Under the pieces are notes generated by a model, which worked only from the letters and a program-made list of their open reading frames with translations, had not been told where the DNA came from and ran no database searches. 64,000 bases of DNA from Polyangiaceae bacterium (GTDB lineage: Bacteria; Myxococcota_A; Polyangia; Polyangiales; Polyangiaceae). The stretch spans positions 1 through 64,000 of the forward strand of contig JANRKO010000016.1 in the NCBI GenBank assembly GCA_033763455.1. The letters are read 5' to 3'. A program made the translations under genes and the position numbers. How positions within the stretch are numbered: the first letter of the stretch is position 1; every line of letters begins with the position of its first letter. Positions 55,999-64,000 of this stretch are shown here, in pieces.

Positions 55999-56898
55999 AT
56001 GCAGGCGCTCGCCTTTGGTACACCGCGCAAGCTCCCGCGCGCTTCAGAACTTACGGGGCGTGTGGTGGTGCTAGATATCGCTTTTGCGGGCAGCGGCAGT
56101 GGGGGTGGCTTCGATAAAGTGACCCTGCCACTCATAGAGGCGCTCGGGCCACGCCTGATTGCCTGGGTGGACCACCACGACCACGATGAGCACGCCCGCT
56201 ACGCGGCCGATCCGCGCTTCGTATTGGCGACCAAAGCCCAGCATGGTGCTTGCCCGGAAATGATCAGCCCCGAACTCGTGCAGCTCTTGGGCGCCGGAGA
56301 TACCATTCTTTGCCACTCCGATTTCGACGGCCTTGCGAGTGCCGCCAAGTGGATCCGCGGCGGCGTTGAGCCCTATCCTGGCTGCGACGACGATGCTCGC
56401 GCCGTCGACACACGTATGGGTGTTCCGAGCCCGCTCGGCTCAACACTCGATCAGGCTCTGCGCGCACGTCCTCGCGACGCGGCGCTGTTTGGGATCGTGG
56501 TTCGGCATTTGGCCTCCGGCCTCTCCGATCCAAGCCTTTGGAGCGTGATCCAAGAGGCGGCGAGCGAGCTTTTGCCGATCGAAAAGGAAACACGCCGTGC
56601 GGCTCAAAGCTACATTCGGGTCGATCCGGGCGTGGCGTATGTGGATGTTACCGGAGGCTACGGCAAGCTGGACAAAACGCTGCTTCTGCTCTTGGGCCAG
56701 GAGCGCGAGCCCGTGAGCGTAGTGGTCGATCGCGATAACGTGAGTATTGCGGCGCGTTTCGATAGCGGAAAAGACTTTGTGAAGCTCTTCGGGCTTTCTG
56801 GTGGAATGCCTACACGCGTTTCCTTGCCAAGAAAAAAGCTTGAGGAAGTATTCGCTGCTCTTGGCGTGGCGCCGGGGGCTCTTCGTCTTTCTACTTGA
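55999..56898 (+). CDS. DHH-family phosphoesterase with permuted motif order
   Basis: VVVLD, WVDHHDH, then HSDFDG. Confidence 0.7.
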   Translation: MQALAFGTPRKLPRASELTGRVVVLDIAFAGSGSGGGFDKVTLPLIEALGPRLIAWVDHHDHDEHARYAADPRFVLATKAQHGACPEMISPELVQLLGAGDTILCHSDFDGLASAAKWIRGGVEPYPGCDDDARAVDTRMGVPSPLGSTLDQALRARPRDAALFGIVVRHLASGLSDPSLWSVIQEAASELLPIEKETRRAAQSYIRVDPGVAYVDVTGGYGKLDKTLLLLLGQEREPVSVVVDRDNVSIAARFDSGKDFVKLFGLSGGMPTRVSLPRKKLEEVFAALGVAPGALRLST

Positions 56899-56912
56899 TC
56901 AGAGAGGCACGT

Positions 56913-59378
56913 ATGCTCAAAGTCTCGATCCATTTCCGTCGCGCTTTTTCCGCGTTGTTGTTCGCGGCTTCTCTCATCGGAAGCTCCAGTGCGCACGCCG
57001 CCCTCAAAGTCCAGGTGGCTACCCCCGGCACGGGTGGCCAAGCCATCCTTGCGGTTGGGTTCGATAAAGCCGGCCAGCTTTTCGAGAATGTGTGCCTGAC
57101 GCGCCCCTGCGCGGCCGAGAAAGGCCAAATTGTGGCCCTCCCCGAAAGCGTCGCAAAACGCGCCGAATCCGCCGAAATCCGGCTCATACCCATCGGCCTT
57201 ATGCGCCACGCGATCTGGATCCGAGTGGCCGAAGAGAAGGGTGATCGCTCGTATCATTGGTTGGCCACGGCGCCACTTCGCACACCGACCCCGGACAATA
57301 CGCCCCAGCAAGTGAAAGTCCTTTTTTCGGATTGGACCGACGGCAACTCCAAGGCTCCGATTCAAACTTCCCTCACGCTCTTGGCAGCCGACAAACAAGG
57401 CAACCGCAGCCTCTTGCTCGCGACGGAGCAAAGCGATCGCTCACTCTGCGGCCGCCGGTTACCTCTACAGCCCAAGGTGTTGGATCCCGAGAGCCTCAGT
57501 TTTCTGCCAGCCCGAGTTCCGGTGCTCGGCCAGAAGGAGCGCACGTCCGCGGTGTTGGTGCAAGCTCTAGCCGGGGCACCCGAGGGCGTGACGCTTCCGC
57601 TCGAAGCTGTGGAGGCAAGCAGTGGCGAGTTGCCAAACACAAAGGAAAAAGCCTGGTTTGAGGATCGAAAGGGCGACGGTTCGGGCGAATATCTGATGTT
57701 TCGGGCTCCGGCCGTTCCGCTCACCGGCCTCGCCTTCGCCCTGCCTCCGAGTGGAGGTCCCCGGGTTGGGCCGGGGGCATTCTGGGTTGCAAGCGCCGGG
57801 CAACTTCTACGAGTGGAGCTGCCGAAAGCCGTGCAGGCAAGCGCTGTTGCATTGCCGTTTCAGGTTTCCTTTCCAGCGCCTATCTCCGGGGAGTGTTTGG
57901 CCATAGTGCTTGATCGCACTGAAACCGCGAGCGAGACGAGCGAAGTGGGGTTTGTTGCTCTCACGGCGCAGGCCGAGGGCCTGCCGTCATTGAGCGAGCT
58001 TGTCGCTGACCTCGGCAAAGCTCCTGAAGCGCAAGCGAAGGCGGTTAATCTACTGAGTGCTTTGGGCACCCCCGCCCTAACACATTTGACCGCCGAGCTC
58101 GGGAAGCTCAACGATGCCCAACTCTCCGCCGCAGGGGATGTATTGGCGCGCTTCTCCTGCGCCGAAGCCGGCCTTCCGCTCGCAAAGCTGCTTGGAAGCG
58201 CGTCCAGTGTCGCTCGCGAACGCGCCCGCGCTCGCCTCGATATGTGCGGAAAAGCGGCAGCTTTGGGCCTAGCACAGGCGTTTTCAGAGGCCACTTCGCC
58301 CGAGGCTCGGGCCCCGATCGCACTTGAGCTCGCCCAAGCCGATCCCGAAGCAGCGGTTGCCGCAATCGGACCACACCTCCTTGGAAACGTCGATACCCGC
58401 CAGGCGCTGCGCACAGCTTTTGCGCGAGCGGCAAGAGCTCCGAGCTCTGGGGCGGCCGTAAGGCGCTTGCTCGCACAGCCGGATTTATCGCCGAGCATCA
58501 GCCTCGAACTTTTGCGCGCACTTGGCCCGCTCCTTCCCACGTTCCTACCCGAGGCAGGCCAGGCCTACACCCGCGCGCGTAACAATTCGGCTGATTTTTC
58601 GACTCGCTTTCTACTGCTTGAACCCGCAGGATACTTAGAAGCAACTTTCCCGCTCGCCAACGCTGACCTCAAATTCGCCATCAATCAACGAGAGGATTGG
58701 CGTTTGCGCGCTCAGGCAGCAGCCTCGATCCGTGCCATCCAGCGCTTCGAGCCATCCCTCTTGAGTCTCGCGGGAGACACCCATGTGCGCGTGCGTGAGG
58801 CTGCACTCGGTGTGCTGGCAGATAAGAAAGCCTCCTTTGCCGAGCCTGCGTTAGCCGAGCTGCTCCACGAAGATCCGTGGCCCTTAGTGCGTTCCGGCGC
58901 GGCCCGCGCGCTCAGCCTGTTACCTGGGCGCGGCATAGCCGACGAAGCCCTAACTCGCGCGCTTCGCGACGATTCGGTGCAAGTTCGCGCACGTGCTGCC
59001 GAAGCGCTTGGCGCCCGCCGAACACCGCAGGCCACAGAGCCGCTCATCGCGCACATGAACGATCCCGAAGAGGCACTCGACGTTCGAGTGGCAGCAGCCA
59101 GCGCACTCGGGGAAATGTGTGCCACCTCCGCCCTCCAAACACTCACCCAACGTGCTCTTGAGTTGACCGACCTCACGGCACCTTCGGACGCGCAGCTGCT
59201 TGGTCGCGCCGCCCTCCGGGCCGTAGTTCGCCTCAATCCAGCAGACCTCAAAGCTCGCCTCAGCCCACTTCTAGCCAAGCCAACGCCGGCCGCAGTTAGA
59301 GCTGCAACAAGCCGAGCGCTTTCGGCCACGTTGCCGCGCTGCGCCGCAGGAGCAGGCGCGCCGAAGACGGCCCCCTGA
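56913..59378 (+). CDS. Secreted HEAT-repeat protein
   Basis: Signal peptide; C-terminal HEAT repeats of type DxxxxVRxxAAxALG. Confidence 0.8.
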   Translation: MLKVSIHFRRAFSALLFAASLIGSSSAHAALKVQVATPGTGGQAILAVGFDKAGQLFENVCLTRPCAAEKGQIVALPESVAKRAESAEIRLIPIGLMRHAIWIRVAEEKGDRSYHWLATAPLRTPTPDNTPQQVKVLFSDWTDGNSKAPIQTSLTLLAADKQGNRSLLLATEQSDRSLCGRRLPLQPKVLDPESLSFLPARVPVLGQKERTSAVLVQALAGAPEGVTLPLEAVEASSGELPNTKEKAWFEDRKGDGSGEYLMFRAPAVPLTGLAFALPPSGGPRVGPGAFWVASAGQLLRVELPKAVQASAVALPFQVSFPAPISGECLAIVLDRTETASETSEVGFVALTAQAEGLPSLSELVADLGKAPEAQAKAVNLLSALGTPALTHLTAELGKLNDAQLSAAGDVLARFSCAEAGLPLAKLLGSASSVARERARARLDMCGKAAALGLAQAFSEATSPEARAPIALELAQADPEAAVAAIGPHLLGNVDTRQALRTAFARAARAPSSGAAVRRLLAQPDLSPSISLELLRALGPLLPTFLPEAGQAYTRARNNSADFSTRFLLLEPAGYLEATFPLANADLKFAINQREDWRLRAQAAASIRAIQRFEPSLLSLAGDTHVRVREAALGVLADKKASFAEPALAELLHEDPWPLVRSGAARALSLLPGRGIADEALTRALRDDSVQVRARAAEALGARRTPQATEPLIAHMNDPEEALDVRVAAASALGEMCATSALQTLTQRALELTDLTAPSDAQLLGRAALRAVVRLNPADLKARLSPLLAKPTPAAVRAATSRALSATLPRCAAGAGAPKTAP

Positions 59379-59411
59379 CTTACCGAACCCAAAGTGGTAC
59401 GAGGCCTCGTT

Positions 59412-60467
59412 ATGAAAAAGGGCAAGATTCTGGTTACGGGGGCGTCGGGGTTCGTTGGAGCCACCCTGGTCCGAAAGCTGATTGAAAGCGGGGAACACGT
59501 GCGGGGCTTTGTCCGCGCAGGCTCCGATCTTAGGCCGTTTGCCGATCTACCTGCCTCACACTTTGAACTGGCGTATGGGGATATCACGGTCGATCATACG
59601 GTGTTTCGCGCGTTGTACGGTTGCAACCGCTTGTTTCACGTCGCCACGAGTTATCAGTGGGGAGCACGCCACCCAAAAGAGGTAATGACCTCGGCCGTAC
59701 TCGGAACCCAGGCAGTGCTGGAAGCGGCACGCCGACAAAAGCTCGACAAAACGGTCGTAACGAGTTCATACGGCGCCTTGGGTATCTCCACCTCACAAGA
59801 ACCTATGGATGAAGGCCACGAATTCAATCTTAACGATCCCGAAGTCTACGTAGAAGCAAAACGCCGAGCGTTAGAGGTCGCGCTTGAAGCCGCGCACCGA
59901 GGTCAGCCCGTTACGATGGTATTGCCTGGCTCAATTGTGGGCCCTGGTGATCGCAAGCCAACGCCCACTGGCCGCTGCATTCTGGCCTATCTGCGCACTT
60001 CTCCTGGCGTTCAGGTGAGCGTGCCCGAAGGCGGTTTGAACATCGTTGACGTCGAAGACGTAGCCAATGGCCATATTCTGGCGATGGCCAAAGGGAAACC
60101 CGGCGAAACATACCTTCTCGGCGGTCAAGATCTCACGTTCGCAGAACTTGTGAGCACACTGAGCGACGTCACGGGCCTGGCCTCTGGCAAGCCCGGAATG
60201 AGTGCTTCCACCGCGCGCTTTCTCGGAGGGTTGCTCGCACTCTATAGCCGCCTGAAGGGTGAGGAGCCGCTGGTCACGCCAAAACTACTGAAGGGCTACA
60301 CCTCGGGCTACGCCTGGATTGACAGTCAAAAGGCCGAACGCGAGCTCGGCTACCAGCACCGATCGGCGCGCCTTGCTTTGGGTCGCGCTGTCGCTTGGTT
60401 TCTCGATCAAGGTTACGTTCCGGATCGGTTCGCAACACGCATCCGGCTGGAACTCCGCAGCGCATGA
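59412..60467 (+). CDS. NAD-dependent epimerase/dehydratase (HpnA/dihydroflavonol-reductase-like)
   Basis: ILVTGASGFVG, YVEAK, GPGDRKPTPTG and VDVEDVA. Confidence 0.9.
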   Translation: MKKGKILVTGASGFVGATLVRKLIESGEHVRGFVRAGSDLRPFADLPASHFELAYGDITVDHTVFRALYGCNRLFHVATSYQWGARHPKEVMTSAVLGTQAVLEAARRQKLDKTVVTSSYGALGISTSQEPMDEGHEFNLNDPEVYVEAKRRALEVALEAAHRGQPVTMVLPGSIVGPGDRKPTPTGRCILAYLRTSPGVQVSVPEGGLNIVDVEDVANGHILAMAKGKPGETYLLGGQDLTFAELVSTLSDVTGLASGKPGMSASTARFLGGLLALYSRLKGEEPLVTPKLLKGYTSGYAWIDSQKAERELGYQHRSARLALGRAVAWFLDQGYVPDRFATRIRLELRSA

Positions 60468-61210
60468 ATCCTCAAAGCCCAGCACTCAGTGCGGCTTCGA
60501 ACGAGCCAAAAAGCGCCGCCAAGCGCACGGAATGGGGCTTTGTGTGGGGCCTTTTGGCAGCCATTTTGCTCGGCGCGGCTTCGGCCCTTTCTTCCGCGGA
60601 GCCGGGGGCTAAAGGCCTCTTACCGCTCAGCATCTTGGCGGCTGCCTCCTTCATGATGCCCCTGTGTTGGGCGCTTCAGGTTCTCACCCTCTCTCGCAAC
60701 GTGCTACTTTGGCTCGTGAGCACGTTCTTAAATAGCGCCTGGATGCTCACACTCTTCGGGGCCTGGCTCTCGCAGAGAACTCATCATCGCCCGCTGGGTG
60801 GGGCAACTTTCGCAGTCCTCGGGTCCCTCATGATTCTTTCCTCGGCCGTGCTCTCGGGGCGTGCTGTGAGCTTGAAGGGCAGTGGCGATGGCAAAGCGCG
60901 GTGGCTGGGTAACGGGCTCTTCCTTATGTTGCTTATAACGGGGGGATTGGGCACACTTTTGGTTGTTGGCAGAGCCGTGCAGGCCGACGCGAGTGCTATC
61001 CGGCACGTCGTGGAAGTACTCGGCGTCGTGGTCGCGGCCTCTTTCTGTGCCCGTGCCAGCGGCCCTAAGAAGCTATCCTTGCCTCGCTCGGTGGGCCCAT
61101 GGGCATGGGTGGTTGTTGGGGTGTGCACAGCCTACGCGGCGGTTCAGTATCCTGAAGCCGCCCAACAAGTGTCACCCGTACTTTCCGGCTTCGTGCCGTT
61201 GTTCCGCTGA
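60464..61210 (+). CDS. Hypothetical membrane protein
   Basis: Multiple TMs; THHRPLGGATF; ATGA overlap. Confidence 0.7.
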   Translation: MNPQSPALSAASNEPKSAAKRTEWGFVWGLLAAILLGAASALSSAEPGAKGLLPLSILAAASFMMPLCWALQVLTLSRNVLLWLVSTFLNSAWMLTLFGAWLSQRTHHRPLGGATFAVLGSLMILSSAVLSGRAVSLKGSGDGKARWLGNGLFLMLLITGGLGTLLVVGRAVQADASAIRHVVEVLGVVVAASFCARASGPKKLSLPRSVGPWAWVVVGVCTAYAAVQYPEAAQQVSPVLSGFVPLFR

Positions 61211-61308
61211 AGCGCGATCAGTGCGGCTTCCGGAATCGACACCGGTGCCACGATTTTTTAATCCAAGGGGGGCGACGCCCGGCCCAACCATCGCCATATT
61301 AGTCTTCC

Positions 61309-62592
61309 ATGCGCCGAACCCCTCCGTGGCCTTTAGCACGTCGACTTAACGGTCGAGGGCAAGCAAAACGCCCCGTGTGGGCACCCTGGGGGCGCTTCGC
61401 GCACTGGTTAGCGGCGCTGCTGATTGGTCTAACATTAGCGTCGTCGGCCCGCGCCGAGGTCCCTATTGCAGCTGTTCCTTCAGCGCCCAGTGCGACAAGT
61501 CCTGAGCCTGCTGGGCGCCTAGAAGGACCCAGATCGGAGCATCCAGGGGACGCACCGCGCCTCAACACCCGGGTTGCGAAGTTTAGTGTCCCCAAAGGCT
61601 TCAGCACATTCGACGGCCGGTGGATCAAGTTCGCGTACCACCCTTCTCTGCAAGCGCGCGTTAATGAGCTCATTGCCCAAGCCAACGCCGTACGCGCGGA
61701 GCTCACCGAACGCCTCGGTGTGCCGGTGTTATCCCAAGTGCGGGTGCACGTGGCGCGCACACCTGGCGAAATGGAGCTGTTGGCACCCGAAGGTGCACCC
61801 TATCCGGAGTACGCTTCGGGCGTGGCTTATTCGGAGCTCGGGTTGGTGCTTCTCACGAACACTCCAGTTGAGCCCACCGAATACCACGATCTCGGCGAAG
61901 TCTTCCGGCATGAGTTGGCGCACGTTGCCCTATCGGACGCCGTGCAAGGCCGGGAGGTGCCTCGTTGGTTCAACGAGGGTTTCGCCGTCTTCAGCTCCGG
62001 GGAAAGCTCATTCGTGCGTCTGCACACCCTGTGGATGGCGAGCCTTTCGGGGCGCCTCATGCCGCTTTCCAAGCTAGTGCGTACGTTCCCGGCAGATGCC
62101 GCCACAGCTTCGGTGGCATACGCACAGGCCGCCGATTTTGTGCGCTTCATGGTGCGGCGTGAAGATCGCCATCGTTTCTCCGGCCTGGTGCGGCGCTTGA
62201 ATGAAGGCGTCAGCTTTGGGCAGGCGGTTAACGACTCATACGGCGCACCACTGGAAACCATCGAGCTTGAGTGGAACGAAGACGTCAGCAAGCGCTACAC
62301 ATTCTGGCCTGTATTGCTGGGCGGAAGCACGCTGTGGGTCGCTCTTCTCGGGTTGTTTTTCTGGGGGTATCGGCGCAAACGCAAAGAAAGCAAACTAACG
62401 CTTGCACGCTGGGCCAAAGAAGAAGCTTTGCACGACGAGCTAGAGCGCTTCAGAGCCGCTTCCCGAGTACACATCGTGCTCGACCCTCGCGCGGCCGCGG
62501 GAGCTCCCACTCGTCCCGACCAGTTCCCGCCCAAGAAAGAACACGAAGTGCCCAAAGTGGAGCACGACGGCGGCTGGCACACGCTTCACTGA
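61309..62592 (+). CDS. Peptidase MA-like metallohydrolase with C-terminal TM
   Basis: HELAH...PRWFNEG...AYAQA. Confidence 0.85.
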   Translation: MRRTPPWPLARRLNGRGQAKRPVWAPWGRFAHWLAALLIGLTLASSARAEVPIAAVPSAPSATSPEPAGRLEGPRSEHPGDAPRLNTRVAKFSVPKGFSTFDGRWIKFAYHPSLQARVNELIAQANAVRAELTERLGVPVLSQVRVHVARTPGEMELLAPEGAPYPEYASGVAYSELGLVLLTNTPVEPTEYHDLGEVFRHELAHVALSDAVQGREVPRWFNEGFAVFSSGESSFVRLHTLWMASLSGRLMPLSKLVRTFPADAATASVAYAQAADFVRFMVRREDRHRFSGLVRRLNEGVSFGQAVNDSYGAPLETIELEWNEDVSKRYTFWPVLLGGSTLWVALLGLFFWGYRRKRKESKLTLARWAKEEALHDELERFRAASRVHIVLDPRAAAGAPTRPDQFPPKKEHEVPKVEHDGGWHTLH

Positions 62593-62767
62593 GGGGCCGC
62601 TCGCTCCCCCCTGTAACGTGGAGTCGCGCGGTGCTCGGCCACTTTGCCACCTGTGCCAGGTGTGCCAACGATGCGTCTGCACCTGCCGCAACCAAGCCTC
62701 CAGCAGACCCTAAGTCGTGCCGCACGAACAGAGAAAACCGGCTAATTTCGCTTCGGAACACGCCAGC

Positions 62768-62783
62768 TGGCACAGATTGTGCT
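62768..62783 (+). promoter_or_regulatory. Sigma54 (-24/-12) promoter
   Basis: TGGCACAGATTGTGCT, with GG-N10-GC spacing. Confidence 0.6.
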
Positions 62784-62795
62784 CGCACTACGGGC

Positions 62796-63443
62796 ATGAC
62801 GCGCGTTCGTTCAATCGTTCTACTCACTTCCCCTGCACTGATGGCCCTCACCGGTTGCTCCGGTGGCATCACCGAGCCGATCGAGGGCAACGCGAGCGGT
62901 GGCACGGCGCCAATCAGCATGGTCAGCGTCTTCCCCACCGGTGGCACGGGAGGCGGAATAACCGGCCTCGACTATGAGTGCCTCGGTGGGATGATCTGCC
63001 GCGACGGCTCAATCTATGAACGACCATTCCTTAATTCGAAGGTACCCCTAGATTGCAACGCTCTGGCAAAACTCAAAGCGCAGTGCGACTTTGGGTGTGA
63101 TCCCAATACTGGCAATACCTGCGCGGCGTCTCCCATTGGCACCCAAACGGGCGGGGCAGCTGGGCTACTTTTTGAGTGCTTTGGCGGCTTCCAGTGTATC
63201 GACGGGCAGATCTACCAACGACCGCTTTCTGTGCGCGCAGGGCAGAGTTGCCAAGGTGTCGTGATCGAAAAGTGTGAGTTCGGCTGCCAGACCAACGGCG
63301 AATGGACGGGTCGTTTAACCGCGGGATGGGGCTGTGCGGGCGCGGGCGGGAGTGCAGGGGGTGCTGGAGGCGTCGCCGGTGCTGCAGGTGCTGCGGGCTT
63401 TGATGCCGGCCCCGCCGGTGGCGGTGCGGGTGGCGGTACGTGA
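62796..63443 (+). CDS. Cys-rich lipoprotein with two internal repeats
   Basis: LTGC lipobox; ECLGGMICRDGSIYERP..CDFGC and ECFGGFQCIDGQIYQRP..CEFGC. Confidence 0.75.
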   Translation: MTRVRSIVLLTSPALMALTGCSGGITEPIEGNASGGTAPISMVSVFPTGGTGGGITGLDYECLGGMICRDGSIYERPFLNSKVPLDCNALAKLKAQCDFGCDPNTGNTCAASPIGTQTGGAAGLLFECFGGFQCIDGQIYQRPLSVRAGQSCQGVVIEKCEFGCQTNGEWTGRLTAGWGCAGAGGSAGGAGGVAGAAGAAGFDAGPAGGGAGGGT

Positions 63444-63473
63444 CGGTCTGCCAACAAGCCGCCGACAGACACC

Positions 63474-63773
63474 TCAGCCCTTCATGTGATCATTCTCAAG
63501 CCGGCGTGATTCGTCGATCAGCCGTTCGAATACTCCACGTACCGTCGCGTGATCGAGGGGCTCGGGTGCTAGAGAGCACAAGCGTTCCAACATTTCGCGC
63601 TCGCGCACCGGATCATACACGGGCAAGCCGCGCGCCCGCTTGTAGTCGCCGACGGCCAGCACGATGCGAACTCGCTCCGCCACCAGCGCCAGGATCTGCT
63701 GATCTACCGCATCGATGCGCTCTCGCAGCGAAGTAATGTCGCTTTCGGCCTTCACCGGGCGGATGGTAATCAC
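63474..63773 (-). CDS. Chorismate mutase (AroQ, monofunctional)
   Basis: LRERIDAVDQQILALVAERV...VGDYK...VYDPVRE. Confidence 0.9.
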   Translation of the reverse strand: MITIRPVKAESDITSLRERIDAVDQQILALVAERVRIVLAVGDYKRARGLPVYDPVREREMLERLCSLAPEPLDHATVRGVFERLIDESRRLENDHMKG

Positions 63774-63791
63774 GGCTGCGAAGGGACGTCA

Positions 63792-63960
63792 CTAGGCCAC
63801 GAGCCGCTCCGCGCGAAACGGCAAGAAGGCCTAGATTACGTCGGTCTTCGCTCGCGACCTCATGAGGTCCCGCTACCCGCCAAATCCTGTAGGAGCGCTG
63901 ACCCCCCGTTGAGTCGGCAGCTATGACCCCCGAGGGGTTTGTGGCTTCGACTTTCTAGGC
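63792..63960. ncRNA. Candidate structured leader or ncRNA upstream of chorismate mutase
   Basis: Multi-branched fold closed by GCCTAGA/TCTAGGC, with a mutually exclusive CTAGGCC/GGCCTAG helix. Confidence 0.4.
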
Positions 63961-64000
63961 GTCGTTGAAACCCATTTATAGGGCGCGATAGCGCGCCAAG

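Noticed and set aside
17980..59587. Numerous long antisense or alternate-frame ORFs (e.g. 18219..19112, 33184..33858, 58712..59587)
   Set aside because: Shadow ORFs expected in GC-rich DNA opposite well-supported genes.
62271..62795. N-terminal extension of the 390-aa ORF
   Set aside because: It overlaps the peptidase gene and the promoter; the lipoprotein signal starts at 62796.
63932..64000. 5' end of tmRNA (GAGGGGTTTGTGGCTTCGAC)
   Set aside because: It resembles GGGG...GGnTTCGAC, but the acceptor-stem start is atypical and the segment is explained by a local hairpin. It cannot be fully excluded at the window edge.

Overview
GC-rich bacterial DNA, most likely Myxococcota (Polyangiaceae/Sorangiineae-like). 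This is inferred from the DUF1552/DUF1592 pair, CdnL/CarD, Gly/Pro-rich lipoproteins, Uma2 and the MotB-like lipoprotein; no database search was possible. The window has two parts. (1) About 1-17.5 kb is a heavily decayed accessory region. It has the left end of an IS at the window edge, one complete attC site (499-582) and several half or remnant attC sites, but no integron integrase, so it looks like an eroded integron cassette array (CALIN-like). It also holds small cassette-type genes (NUDIX, SAM methyltransferases, GNATs, nucleotidyltransferases), deletion-fused chimeric ORFs, many intact and broken toxin-antitoxin modules (AbrB-Doc, BrnA-like fragment, DUF6036, RHH and PIN fragments, Phd-VapC, HipA-like YjjJ), and an unexplained 2TM-GAF plus small-TM gene pair preceded by 24-bp repeats. 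(2) About 17.5-64 kb is mostly core genes: map, ahpCD/oxyR, ydiJ-like, IlvD/Edd, DUF1592/DUF1552, rnc, an orphan DNA methyltransferase, carD/cdnL, ppx, motB-like, a histone-like protein, HNH, coaD, site-2 protease, an orphan FliH/SctL, thiolase, purC and chorismate mutase. The best candidates for undescribed biology are all unproven: a ~110-nt structured element upstream of an HNH nuclease and a 529-aa unknown protein; a switch-like structured leader upstream of chorismate mutase; a long structured cdnL leader; the 2TM-GAF pair; an HTH-only LysR divergent from map; a circularly permuted DHH protein; and an orphan SctL/FliH. No CRISPR array, rRNA or tRNA was found. Family assignments come from motif recognition, and RNA structures were paired by hand.
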